Virus record (IMG/VR): IMGVR_UViG_3300033072_001201
Coordinates: 14,663 to 78,662 of that record
DNA length: 64,000 nucleotides
Origin: a virus
Lineage: Duplodnaviria; Caudoviricetes
Reading direction: 5' to 3' (one strand)
In this document: one piece after another, positions 46,429 through 56,491 of the stretch
Layout: each line of letters starts with the position of its first letter
How positions within the stretch are numbered: position 1 is the first letter of the stretch
Notes under the pieces: model-generated
What the model was told of the DNA's origin: nothing
Seen by the model: the letters and a program-made list of their open reading frames with translations, nothing else
The model's database searches: none
Made by a program: the position numbers and the translations under genes

Positions 46429-47111
46429 GCTAGTCCCTCGTCAATAATAATTTCTCGCGATAGATTTATAAATTTTCGTTTAAGCTTTAAAAGTTCTTGA
46501 TACCCCGGAATATGACTACTCGGTAAAAGTTTAAAATTCATTTTTTTACCAATATATTCTAATGATTTATGATCTATAAACATCATTTTATAGATTTTAT
46601 AGTCACGAATTGATAAAGATTCTTTTAACCTGTCATCTATCACTTGTTTTGAAAAATCAACGCTCGCCCCATCCGATTCAATATTATAAGTTTCGTTAGA
46701 ATGATCTTCTAGTGATAACGATGTTATCATATTGAATTGCTGCTGTTTTTTAACTGTCCATTTTTTATAAAGTGGACATTCAGAACATTGTTTTCTACTC
46801 TGTGTAAAAGAGCAATCGTCATTTCCAAGATTATAAACACAACCCGCAATACAAGGACGGCTATATTTGGAGAAATTATCGCGAATTAGATTATTTAGGG
46901 CATTAGTGATTAACTTATTTAACCAATGTTCAAATGGTCCTTTCGCGGTGGAATATTTGTCAAATTTAGTCCAAACGCGCAAAATGAGAATTTGCGATAC
47001 ATCTTCCCATTCCAAAGACGGAATATTCCAAGAGTATTTGCGTTTTCCAATATTTGATTTAATTATTGGTAAAACCTTAACAAACTCTTGTTGTTTTATA
47101 TGGTTTTCCAA
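46425..47111 (-). CDS. Phage RNA polymerase sigma factor (sigma70 family) with Cys-rich insert
   Basis: Region 2 EDVSQ..ILRVW.KFDKY..F..W..KLITNALNNLIRD; region 4 LSIRDYKIY..SLEYIG. Confidence 0.8.
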   Translation of the reverse strand: MENHIKQQEFVKVLPIIKSNIGKRKYSWNIPSLEWEDVSQILILRVWTKFDKYSTAKGPFEHWLNKLITNALNNLIRDNFSKYSRPCIAGCVYNLGNDDCSFTQSRKQCSECPLYKKWTVKKQQQFNMITSLSLEDHSNETYNIESDGASVDFSKQVIDDRLKESLSIRDYKIYKMMFIDHKSLEYIGKKMNFKLLPSSHIPGYQELLKLKRKFINLSREIIIDEGLA

Positions 47112-47116
47112 GATAA

Positions 47117-47464
47117 TTAAGATTTTTGCTCTTTAGTATCTTGTCCGATAACTTTATCTAACGATACTCGAAATTCTGGAATATCTGATACTGTAACATC
47201 CGATTGATTAAGAGTACGGACTAGATTCGCCTTAATTTGGTCAACTAGATTAAGATCAATATCTTCTGATTCTTCAAAATTGGAAAGCTGGCGATTTTGG
47301 TCAACGTAGACTTGCGAGGCTGGCGAGTAAGTTGTTGGGGCGGAGGTTTTCGCGACAGATTTCAGTGCAGCGTTAAGTTCTTTCCCACATTTTGGACATT
47401 TTTCGGGAGCTTTTAGCTCGAAAGTGATCTTATTTCCGCAATTTGAACAAAATTTAATAGGCAT
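47117..47464 (-). CDS. Zn-ribbon protein
   Basis: CSNCG...CPKCG. Confidence 0.75.
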   Translation of the reverse strand: MPIKFCSNCGNKITFELKAPEKCPKCGKELNAALKSVAKTSAPTTYSPASQVYVDQNRQLSNFEESEDIDLNLVDQIKANLVRTLNQSDVTVSDIPEFRVSLDKVIGQDTKEQKS

Positions 47465-47553
47465 AATAGTAAAAAAATAAAAAATAGTGTACTCTCTAAT
47501 AGATTATACAAGATAGTACACTAAAAATCAACAGATTATTAATTTTTTTGCAA

Positions 47554-48114
47554 TTATGTTGGGATTTCTGTTATTGTCCCCATTTTTTCTGATAGATAAT
47601 GAATATCAAACTCCAATAAAACTATTGCGCTGGTATCCGTGTCCGCCGAATCAGAAGACGCCAATCTAGAAATGCGCCAAACAAGTATGGCAGATTCTCT
47701 TAATCCAGTCATAGTTATTGGATTAAAAGGAAAAAGTTCACCTGTTTTAACATTTTGTGGATTTGCTACTGTTATAGTACCGCCGTCAGTATAAACTCCA
47801 TAATTATTTGCAAAATCGCTAGAACCATTGGCCACATCGTATTCTAATTTCCAGCGGGAATTAGCGGATCGCGAAGTTGGAAATCTAAGATGCAAATGCG
47901 GGCGAATTGCTGATCCCGGTTGCCAAGAATGCGGCATTTGAGCTACACCACAAATAACATTATCAGCAGTTCCGGAAAATTCTAATAATCCAGTTGTTTG
48001 GCTTCTTGTTGGATCTGAAGCTGCACCGGGTGGATTAATCCCCTGAGATGGAAAACGTAAATCATCCCAGCGTTGGAAAAAACTATTAAAATTGTTGATT
48101 ATAATGCCACTCAT
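47554..48114 (-). CDS. Putative virion protein (beta-rich)
   Basis: WDDLRFP..QMPHSW..IRPHLH pattern; late module. Confidence 0.65.
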   Translation of the reverse strand: MSGIIINNFNSFFQRWDDLRFPSQGINPPGAASDPTRSQTTGLLEFSGTADNVICGVAQMPHSWQPGSAIRPHLHLRFPTSRSANSRWKLEYDVANGSSDFANNYGVYTDGGTITVANPQNVKTGELFPFNPITMTGLRESAILVWRISRLASSDSADTDTSAIVLLEFDIHYLSEKMGTITEIPT

Positions 48115-48122
48115 TAAAATAA

Positions 48123-49205
48123 TTATTTAAGATTAAGTTCTTTAAGTTTTTTTTCGACTTCTTGTTCTAGCTCAGGCGAGTCTTTGAACCAGTCGAGTAA
48201 TTTGTCCTTTAATTCTGTTTTGTAAACTTCGGGATTTGAATATTTCATTTCTTGCACTGCACCTACAGAACAATCTGCAATTTTCTTTTCTTTATCGTAT
48301 TCTTTTTTATCAACTGCGCCAAGGCCGTGGAATAGATTTGGGATACTCCCGAAAATTAGTTTGATAATTCCTCCAACAAAACTTCCGATCCCTTTAATTA
48401 TTACCTGTAAAACATTTACGCCGGGGAAGAATATAGAAGCTAGTTTAAGAACAATACTAAAAATTGCTATAATTATAATCCAAACGAAGATTGAGCTAAA
48501 AAATTTAGATAAATGAGTGAAGGGGTTCAGACGTACATACCATTTATTTTGTTTGTCAAACTCTTTCGCTTTTTCGGCATTAATATTATTTATTTGGTCT
48601 TCTTTTTCTTTTAAACTATTTTGTTTTTCAATAATCGCGCCGTCTTTTTCTTTTATTTTTTCATCCCTTTTCGCTAATTCTTGTTCTTTTTCTTTATTTA
48701 TAACTTGAATGTCTGTTTTTAGCTTATCTTCGTTTTGTTTTAATCCAGAAATTTCGGCGTGGAGTTGTTCTATCGTTTTATCCCCTTCCGCAATCTGATT
48801 CGCTTGATCTGATATTAGATCATTTTGAGTATCTATCGCTGCTAATAAATGTTTAGTAGTAACTTTATCTTGAATGGCTTCTTTAGTTATTTCCAAGCCC
48901 TTAATTCCAGCATTAGTATATTTTGTTTTTTTAGGCTCGGCGTTAAGAGTTCCCAAAACCGCTATTGCCTGCGCTCCACCGACCGAAACTCTATTAGATT
49001 CGGAATTTTGAATATCTGTTTGCTTAGCTTTTATAGCATCATTATATTTTTGCTCTAAATCGTTTTTTTCTTTAATTAATTGTTGTTGTTGAGTTTGGAG
49101 AGTGGCTATTTCTTTTTTTTGTTTTTCGAATGTAGAATTTTTAGCTGGAATTAAGGTGCATCCAGAAAGAAAAAGAAAAAATAAGATTATTATAAATTTT
49201 TTCAT
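48123..49205 (-). CDS. Lipoprotein with long coiled coil and C-terminal TM segments (spanin-like)
   Basis: Lipobox FLSGC16; about 215-aa coiled coil; hydrophobic FFSSIFVWIIIIAIFSIVL. Confidence 0.65.
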   Translation of the reverse strand: MKKFIIILFFLFLSGCTLIPAKNSTFEKQKKEIATLQTQQQQLIKEKNDLEQKYNDAIKAKQTDIQNSESNRVSVGGAQAIAVLGTLNAEPKKTKYTNAGIKGLEITKEAIQDKVTTKHLLAAIDTQNDLISDQANQIAEGDKTIEQLHAEISGLKQNEDKLKTDIQVINKEKEQELAKRDEKIKEKDGAIIEKQNSLKEKEDQINNINAEKAKEFDKQNKWYVRLNPFTHLSKFFSSIFVWIIIIAIFSIVLKLASIFFPGVNVLQVIIKGIGSFVGGIIKLIFGSIPNLFHGLGAVDKKEYDKEKKIADCSVGAVQEMKYSNPEVYKTELKDKLLDWFKDSPELEQEVEKKLKELNLK

Positions 49206-49342
49206 TAGTTATTTTTATATTTTAATTAATTATTTATATAATATGGTGCGGAATAATTAATTATATGTTTTAGAACAAGTATTATTTTATGTAGCCGGCA
49301 AGCACGAGCGCGAGGGCTGCGGCGAGCGGGCGCATGGTTAAT

Positions 49343-50608
49343 TTATCCGACATGCCACCCGTGACGCCCGGGGCAGGCCGGTCCGACCCCCACATGCGGG
49401 GAACCATACCCATTGGCCGGAAGGTTGGTTCCAATGGTGCCCGAGTAACCTGCCAGTCGGATACTGTCCGTCGAGTCGTGAGCGGCCTGATCCCAATCAA
49501 AAACAACCGATCCCGGCGCGGCGACGCACATGCAATTTCGCATTGTCGAGCCGCTCGCCTTGCCGTCTGGATTCTCTGTGCGCACTAGCCCGACAGTGCA
49601 CGAAACGCATTCATCGCCGGCGGCTTGCTGTATCACCGTCGAGTTCAGAACTGAGACATTCTTCGAGCCTTTGAAGTAGATTCCATTCATCCCGCCGGCC
49701 ATCACGAGACTCCGGTCGATGACATCTCCGATTCCCTTCAGGACAAAGCCATAGCCACCGTTTGCAGGCCCGAAAACCTCGCATTCCGAAATGCGAGAAT
49801 TAACCGAACCTGTACCAATCAGGAAGGCGTGGGTCCCCGCACCGGAGGCAAACACGCGAACGCGGCGAACGGTCGCCGTGGTGCTATTGTTTGGCTGCAC
49901 GCCATCACGCCCGATCAGGACGCCCGCACTCCCCGAAGCAAAAACGGCGCAGTCCTGAATCGTGAGGTCTGCTACGTCGTAGATGTTTACAGCCGGCGAA
50001 GTAGCGAAGAATGTGCAATTCTTGATCGACAGTCCCGCCTGAGCAATACCTACACCACCGGAGGACGAGATAGATGTCTGCGTCGCCGCTGCATCACAAT
50101 CGAAGGTGCAGTCCTCGAACGAAAGGCCGGCAAATGCTTTCGCGAGCGTGGAATAGGCGATAGCAGACGGGACGGCAGGCAGAAGAAAACTGCATGATTT
50201 GAAGCCGATATTTGCTGTAACATCATTGTGCCGACAGAGCAGCGTTCCGCCACCTGCTCCGGTGCCGTTGGCGCGGAAGGTAAAGCCGCGGAAGATGATG
50301 TTTTGGGCAGCGAGTAGGGTTAGCGCGGTGAGCACGTTCGCGTTTCCAGCCTGCACGATGACGTTGGCCGGTGTCGTTTCATTCCCTTGGATCGTCAGAA
50401 GTGATCCGTAGGCACGATTGATGATGAGACCGGTAGTTGTTCCCTCGCTGTAGGTGCCGTCTGCGACTACGAGCGTGTGCGGGCCACCGGTAAGTGGGAT
50501 GCCGCTGGTTCCGAGCGCGTAGGTGAGCGTCAGCCACGCGCCTGCGCCTGCGGAGGTTCCGTGTGAACCATCATTTGTGCCACTCGGCGAAACGTAGTAG
50601 GTGCTCAT
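49343..50608 (-). CDS. GC-rich parallel beta-helix (pectin-lyase-like) tailspike/depolymerase candidate
   Basis: YYVSPSG.ND..GT..AW.T N-terminus; repeated I..C.F/V beta-helix rungs; ATG at 50608 overlaps the upstream TAA. Confidence 0.7.
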   Translation of the reverse strand: MSTYYVSPSGTNDGSHGTSAGAGAWLTLTYALGTSGIPLTGGPHTLVVADGTYSEGTTTGLIINRAYGSLLTIQGNETTPANVIVQAGNANVLTALTLLAAQNIIFRGFTFRANGTGAGGGTLLCRHNDVTANIGFKSCSFLLPAVPSAIAYSTLAKAFAGLSFEDCTFDCDAAATQTSISSSGGVGIAQAGLSIKNCTFFATSPAVNIYDVADLTIQDCAVFASGSAGVLIGRDGVQPNNSTTATVRRVRVFASGAGTHAFLIGTGSVNSRISECEVFGPANGGYGFVLKGIGDVIDRSLVMAGGMNGIYFKGSKNVSVLNSTVIQQAAGDECVSCTVGLVRTENPDGKASGSTMRNCMCVAAPGSVVFDWDQAAHDSTDSIRLAGYSGTIGTNLPANGYGSPHVGVGPACPGRHGWHVG

Positions 50609-51006
50609 TACCAAACCTCCACGGTTGAGGTTGCGACGAGAGTGTTGTCAGCATCGGCAACCAATTCGATTCCAGCACCAAGAACATCGCTCGAAATCGA
50701 CCCGCCCGACGCGGTAACTTGCGAGCCAACGCGGATCGTTGCGCCGGCCGGCGCGGTGACCGTGAGAAGTTGCGCAGCACGAACCGAAAACCGATACCGA
50801 GCGCCAGCCGTCACGGTGCCTAGAGTAAGCACAACTGCTCCGCTCGCGCCGGCGTTGCTGTGCGGACCGGGTTGCACTGTCGCCGATTCGGTGTGCGCAG
50901 TCGCAGCGCCTAGCCCGTGCGCCGCCGCGTCGGCGTTGTGGGCGGCAATTTTACTATCCGCCGCGTTACCAACAAAATTAACATTATCTAAATGCAAAGT
51001 AGCCAT
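50608..51006 (-). CDS. Putative tail-fibre-associated protein, AT-rich start fused to a GC-rich body
   Basis: IAAHNADAAAHG trimer-like motif; GC shift about 14 codons in. Confidence 0.65.
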   Translation of the reverse strand: MATLHLDNVNFVGNAADSKIAAHNADAAAHGLGAATAHTESATVQPGPHSNAGASGAVVLTLGTVTAGARYRFSVRAAQLLTVTAPAGATIRVGSQVTASGGSISSDVLGAGIELVADADNTLVATSTVEVW

Positions 51007-51029
51007 ATATAAAGTAATTATTTAATCTT

Positions 51030-51617
51030 TTATAACTCCCACATTACAATCGTTCTGCCGCCAGTACAACCAATAGAAATTGCCGTACCAAGTGTATATC
51101 GACCATCATATCCTCCGCCATTTAATGCGGTTCCAACATTTAATTGCGTAGAATTAAAAAAGCAAGATCCAGATTCTACTGCTATTGACCAAGATTTACT
51201 ACCCGTTGGAATAATGGCTGTACCAGAAGTAATTCCCGATAAATATGATGTATATGTTGAACCTAATATATCTACTTTGCCAGAAACGCCAACTTGCCCG
51301 ACCATGTTAACGTCCCCGCTAATTCCAAGAATACCAGATGCATTTATTATTCCAGTTATACCAATTTCATATGGCATATTAGAAATTGTAACTGGGGGAT
51401 TTCCTGTAATTGCTACAGATGATGGAACGTTTACTTGAAATCCACTTCCAGATACATTAATTGTGGCAGCAAAATCTGTTGGGACGATTGGCCTCCAATT
51501 TCCCGTGGTCGGAGGTTGTGCTCCGGTGTTTACGGCATTAGAATCAAAAATATATTGAGCGGCAATATTATGTGTTGATGGTGGGGCCGAATAGTATCTA
51601 TCTTTAAATGAGGGCAT
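51030..51617 (-). CDS. Putative virion protein
   Basis: Gly/Ile/Ser-rich VxITG repeats. Confidence 0.7.
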   Translation of the reverse strand: MPSFKDRYYSAPPSTHNIAAQYIFDSNAVNTGAQPPTTGNWRPIVPTDFAATINVSGSGFQVNVPSSVAITGNPPVTISNMPYEIGITGIINASGILGISGDVNMVGQVGVSGKVDILGSTYTSYLSGITSGTAIIPTGSKSWSIAVESGSCFFNSTQLNVGTALNGGGYDGRYTLGTAISIGCTGGRTIVMWEL

Positions 51618-51691
51618 AAGTTATTATAATATAGTTAAAATTAAAACACGAAAATCATTTATTTTATTAAAAATAGTTATTCGTCAAAATA

Positions 51692-52933
51692 TTAATTATT
51701 TATCAGTGGACTTCTTAAAAAGAACGCCGAGGTACTTGGAATGAAATAATAAAAACAAATTGTTCCAGTTGGGTCTCTTAAAACAGATGATCTATCACCA
51801 ACAAGCGCTGTACCAGATGAAATTAAGTTTTGTGTCATTTTAGGTGTCATTCTAGCTTTTTGTCGATTAAATTCATAAATACGACCGGTAATATCTTTTT
51901 GTATTATAAGTCTAGCATTTTTATATCCATCACAATAAATTCCAGAATTTGATCCGGTTGTATAGGTTTCAGTTTGGGGATAATAAGTTATTGTACTAAA
52001 AGTATTTGTAACTAAGTCATATTCATATATCGTTGAAGACGCTGTTCCACGAAGTATAACGAGCCTATTTAAAGCATTGGAATCTCCGGAGCCGGGGAGC
52101 CAGCATGTTACATGGCCAGCCCCAAGTGCAGCGGTTACGGTGGCTAGGGCTGGAGTTCCAGAATTTGCAGATGTAGTAGTCCAAGTATTCCCAACTATAT
52201 TGTAACGATATATTTGTGTTGCGTTATTTCCAGTTAAAAACATATCGGAATACCAATATGCTATTTTTCCAGAATCTACTTGCGCCACTAATGCAGAAAC
52301 CGTTATTGATGTTGCGGCGGCAGCGGCGGACGCAGTGGTAACAGCCCAAACTGGGGTGACGGCAGTACCGAAATTTAATACAGCGCCAGAGGGTAGAGCT
52401 AATGGAAGGGCTGAAACAGCTATACTCGTTGCGCCAACCAAAGCATTTGAGGTTGCCGTTATAGTATTTAATGCAACGGCGCTATGATATCCACCCTCAA
52501 ATCCATTTATTGCTGGTTCTGGACATACTAATCTGCCGTCGGTGCCGAATGCGGCTGGAACGTTTGTTACAGAAAGTGCTGAAGACCAAGTATTTGTTCC
52601 AATATCATAACGATAAAATACAACAGCGGAACCAGAGGCTATTAAAGCATAAACGGAACCATAAACAACACCATTTGTTTGCGATCCCATTTCTTTAACA
52701 TATTTCATGCAAGTGCCTGCTGCCACTGTGCCGCCCGGAGGGGAAGCTAATTGCATCCAAGTATCATTCCAAGTATCGTATTGCCAAAAAGATGATGCGG
52801 AAATTAGATAATATAAAAATCTGTAATTATCATCAACTATACAAGAGCCGGCAGCGGAATTTGCAGGTGCGGTTGTAAGTTGCTCCCAAACCGGGCGATC
52901 TATCATCGCTAAATTGTTATTTGTAATAGCCAT
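51692..52933 (-). CDS. Putative virion protein with Kelch-like beta-propeller repeats
   Basis: Repeated Y.YD..(T)NTW motifs. Confidence 0.7.
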   Translation of the reverse strand: MAITNNNLAMIDRPVWEQLTTAPANSAAGSCIVDDNYRFLYYLISASSFWQYDTWNDTWMQLASPPGGTVAAGTCMKYVKEMGSQTNGVVYGSVYALIASGSAVVFYRYDIGTNTWSSALSVTNVPAAFGTDGRLVCPEPAINGFEGGYHSAVALNTITATSNALVGATSIAVSALPLALPSGAVLNFGTAVTPVWAVTTASAAAAATSITVSALVAQVDSGKIAYWYSDMFLTGNNATQIYRYNIVGNTWTTTSANSGTPALATVTAALGAGHVTCWLPGSGDSNALNRLVILRGTASSTIYEYDLVTNTFSTITYYPQTETYTTGSNSGIYCDGYKNARLIIQKDITGRIYEFNRQKARMTPKMTQNLISSGTALVGDRSSVLRDPTGTICFYYFIPSTSAFFLRSPLINN

Positions 52934-52954
52934 AGTTTAAAATAAGTTAAATTT

Positions 52955-53233
52955 TTATGTAATTGTTAGATTGCGTCTAAATCCAGATTGATATGCAAGA
53001 TATGTAAATGGAATACCCGCGCTATCGGCAGTAATACGGCCAATTGCATTGGCATTAACGGCTGTTACGTTAGTTACGGTAGAGCAAGTTGTTACAGTTG
53101 TGACAGTTGTAATTGTTCCAGATGCTATAATAGCTTCCGTTCTTAGTCCGTTATTTGTAAAGGTTAGTTTGGATAGAAGTTTTAAAACAATTCGTTCTAT
53201 CAAAGAGGGTTCATTTAGGCGAAGTTTGCTCAT
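52955..53233 (-). CDS. Putative virion protein
   Basis: TITTVTTVTTCSTVTNVT repeat. Confidence 0.65.
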   Translation of the reverse strand: MSKLRLNEPSLIERIVLKLLSKLTFTNNGLRTEAIIASGTITTVTTVTTCSTVTNVTAVNANAIGRITADSAGIPFTYLAYQSGFRRNLTIT

Positions 53234-53238
53234 AAAAA

Positions 53239-56200
53239 TTATGTCATTATATATTGATTGTTAAAAATTATAATATCAATTGATTCGTCTTGAATTAAAT
53301 CAAAATGGTCTGAATCATCAATTAGCGCGCCACTGGGAATGAGTATTATATTATTTATTCCGATATTATTTATTGTAAATTTAAAGTTATCGTTACCAGT
53401 AACATTCGGTAGCGTAATATCAATAATACCAGTTGTAGTATTAGCTAAAATTACAGAATCACTTATCAAAACTGTATAATCTCCACTTATAGTTTTACAA
53501 CTAAGTGTTGCTCCGACCGCTGGAGTTGCCCAAGAACCATCAGCACGAAGGTACTGAGTAGTATTTCCGGCAAGTTTTGGTAAAAGACCATGATAAGAAA
53601 TTGTGGCGTTTAAGTTTATGTTGTCTGTGGGAAGTCCTAATTGATCTAATTTAACTTCATCTATTTGACCGGATAAATGACTAGAAGAGTGAGAAAGTGG
53701 GTATTTATACCCAGTTAATCTAACATCATTTCCTTTAACGACTTGATTATCTAGAGCGATACCTGAAGTTGATACATTGTACGAAGCGGAAGTTCCAGTA
53801 TTTAAAATTAAACCTAAAATTAAATTATTATTTGTAGTATCATTATTAACAGATAATATAGAATTAGAAGAAGTTATGTTTTTAAATTTTAAATCTGTCC
53901 CGATTTTTGAGCTAAAAACTCCAAAGCCGGAATTTCCAATATTTGAAGCCGTATTATTCTCACCGGATGGGATACTCCAGCTACCAACTCCATTTAAATA
54001 ATTATTTGATATCCCATTTAATTTTGGGAGAAGACCGTGATAAGAAGTTGTTGCATCTAAGTTAGTATTATTAGAGGGAATCCCTAATTCATCTAATTTT
54101 ATTTGATCTACTTGGCCAGATTTGTGGGAAGAAGCATGAGATAATGGATATTTATAGCCGGTCAAACGAATATCATCACCGCGAACCACTTGACCGCTTA
54201 AGGCTAAACCAGTTGTAGAAATATCATAAGCAGCGGAAGTTCCGGTCGGAATATTTAAGCCTAAAATAATATTATGATTAATTGAATCATCAGATAAAAT
54301 TAATTGGTTGTTTGACGATACTATATTTTTGAATCTAAGATCGACACCAATTTTATCATTATAAAGCCCAATTCCACTATTTCCTAAATTCGATGCGGTA
54401 TTAATTTCACCACCGATTCCGCCGCCAGCGGCAACGTCAAAAAGACCTAGTTTTCCGGCCGCTCTGAATTCGGCTTGATTGATATTAGTTAAATCTGTTG
54501 CCCCTTGTTTTACAACAAGCCAACCTCTAAAAGTATCGTAATTGTTATATGGATTTATTTCTACTGCATCTTGTAACGCAGATAATGCCGAGGCTTTATC
54601 AGAATAAAGTGCTTGACCATATTGGAAGTCATGAGCGTTGGTTTGTGCATAATAAGCTAAAACTTGGATTGTCCAATTGCCGCTTGGAACCGGAACTAAT
54701 CCAGTTATATTATCGTAATGATTTGGATCAATTTGATTTGTTATCGGGGTATCATTTATCCAATTTCCTATCCCGGAACGATAATAATAATAAATATTTA
54801 TTTCATTTTCGCCGTTCGAAGTTAAAATATGCGGACTTCTTTTATCATTAGTATAATTGGCATTACTATCGAATGTTGTTCCTGCCGACTTGGAACACAT
54901 TAATCCAGTATATGGATGATAAGAATTTCCTTCTATATTAAAAGCTCCAAAAGCTAAGAAAAAATCGTTTAATTGACTTACCGGAGCCGTTAATGAAAAC
55001 GGCTGAACCTTGGCTCCGCCAAGTGAAACATTATTCGTATGATCTACCCACCCGATTGAAATTAAATCTCTCCGTTGAATTGGGGTCGATCCGTTGTTGG
55101 TGTAAACTAATTCGCCGGAAGGATTAGCAAAAATATAAGAAGAAGAATCTGTGCTTAGATATTCTGGAGAAATTCCCGTTCTGGCTAAAATAGGAATAAT
55201 TGTTTTTGTCGGGCTATTCGGATTTGTATAATTATCAACTATAATTCCGACACCGGCTGTAATATCAAATTTAGAAGGATCATTGGGGTTTATAGTCAAA
55301 TTACATCCGTCTATTAAACCAGTTGATTCTAGCTGAGCTAATTCAACGAAATTTTGTATTTCTTTTCTTTGTTCTAAATTTACAGACACAATGCCATCAA
55401 TTGTTCCGATTTTTAAAACCGTTCCAATATATTGAATATTCGGAGGGGGTATATTTGTTAATCCACCACCATCAGCAAGATAAACGTCTTTACCAAGTTC
55501 AAAAGAGCTTGTATTTAATCCAGTTAATATTCCTTTTATAACAACCTTTTTAATATCTCCTATATTAGAATTTTCGGAAGCAATTGCTATAGCCGGCATT
55601 TTTGTTGCATAAAGTGAGTCGGCTTTATCAACATAAATTGCGCCATTTTGAATTCCAGTAGTGCAAAAAACTGGATCGCCCTTATTGCAATTTGTAGAAA
55701 AATGCACATAAACAGCAACTTGAGTGGAATTATCAACTATGCCATCGTTATTAGAGTCATATCCACTCTTAAACATATCGCCGAATGGCGTTGAGTGATA
55801 TTCGTTTCCGTGAATTACGGGCGTAAAATTTACTGGCTTATTCGCAAGATTATTCCAATCGCCGGAATAACTAATCCATCCAACTTGGTAATCTTGTGTT
55901 CCAGTTTTTATTAGGTACTGCCCCGTCAACCCGCCCGGTACTAATCCATAACCTCTTTCGCCAGATGGACCCGTCAAATGGGGACTTGATATTATTCCGT
56001 TTATAGAAATTTGATCACCCAAAACAGAAACTGTTGGACTAAAACCAGAAGCTCCTGTTGCGCCTTGATTTCCAGATGGTCCAGTTAAATGATCTGAATA
56101 AATTCCGTCTATAATAACTTGATCGCCAATAATCTGAACGTTCGGAGAGTACCCCGATAATCCAGACGGACCAGTTAAATGCGGGCCAGTTATGACGCCA

Positions 56201-56490
56201 TTTATTAGGAGCTGATCTTGCTCCATTGAAACAGTTGGGGCAATGCCATCTATTCCGTTTGTGCCAGAAGCTCCTTGCGGCCCAGTTAAAGGAGGTGTGG
56301 ATTGTCCATCTATAACTATTTGATCGCCAATAATTTGAATCATTGGAGAGTAACCAGATGGCCCAATATCACCCTTATCCCCTTTTATACCCGGTGCGCC
56401 CTCATAAACAGAAACAACCGATACGGTTTGCTCATTAACCGTTAAATTATTTTGCTCAGAAGTATTAATTATAATAATTTCGTCGGCCAT
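53239..56490 (-). CDS. Long tail fibre protein with collagen-like Gxx repeats
   Basis: GxxGxxG blocks with HLTGPSG repeats; duplicated about 148-aa module in the C-terminal half. Confidence 0.85.
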   Translation of the reverse strand: MADEIIIINTSEQNNLTVNEQTVSVVSVYEGAPGIKGDKGDIGPSGYSPMIQIIGDQIVIDGQSTPPLTGPQGASGTNGIDGIAPTVSMEQDQLLINGVITGPHLTGPSGLSGYSPNVQIIGDQVIIDGIYSDHLTGPSGNQGATGASGFSPTVSVLGDQISINGIISSPHLTGPSGERGYGLVPGGLTGQYLIKTGTQDYQVGWISYSGDWNNLANKPVNFTPVIHGNEYHSTPFGDMFKSGYDSNNDGIVDNSTQVAVYVHFSTNCNKGDPVFCTTGIQNGAIYVDKADSLYATKMPAIAIASENSNIGDIKKVVIKGILTGLNTSSFELGKDVYLADGGGLTNIPPPNIQYIGTVLKIGTIDGIVSVNLEQRKEIQNFVELAQLESTGLIDGCNLTINPNDPSKFDITAGVGIIVDNYTNPNSPTKTIIPILARTGISPEYLSTDSSSYIFANPSGELVYTNNGSTPIQRRDLISIGWVDHTNNVSLGGAKVQPFSLTAPVSQLNDFFLAFGAFNIEGNSYHPYTGLMCSKSAGTTFDSNANYTNDKRSPHILTSNGENEINIYYYYRSGIGNWINDTPITNQIDPNHYDNITGLVPVPSGNWTIQVLAYYAQTNAHDFQYGQALYSDKASALSALQDAVEINPYNNYDTFRGWLVVKQGATDLTNINQAEFRAAGKLGLFDVAAGGGIGGEINTASNLGNSGIGLYNDKIGVDLRFKNIVSSNNQLILSDDSINHNIILGLNIPTGTSAAYDISTTGLALSGQVVRGDDIRLTGYKYPLSHASSHKSGQVDQIKLDELGIPSNNTNLDATTSYHGLLPKLNGISNNYLNGVGSWSIPSGENNTASNIGNSGFGVFSSKIGTDLKFKNITSSNSILSVNNDTTNNNLILGLILNTGTSASYNVSTSGIALDNQVVKGNDVRLTGYKYPLSHSSSHLSGQIDEVKLDQLGLPTDNINLNATISYHGLLPKLAGNTTQYLRADGSWATPAVGATLSCKTISGDYTVLISDSVILANTTTGIIDITLPNVTGNDNFKFTINNIGINNIILIPSGALIDDSDHFDLIQDESIDIIIFNNQYIMT

Positions 56491-56491
56491 A

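Noticed and set aside
55880-56430. Collagen-like GxxGxx / HLTGPSG repeats
   Set aside because: Ordinary for phage tail fibres.
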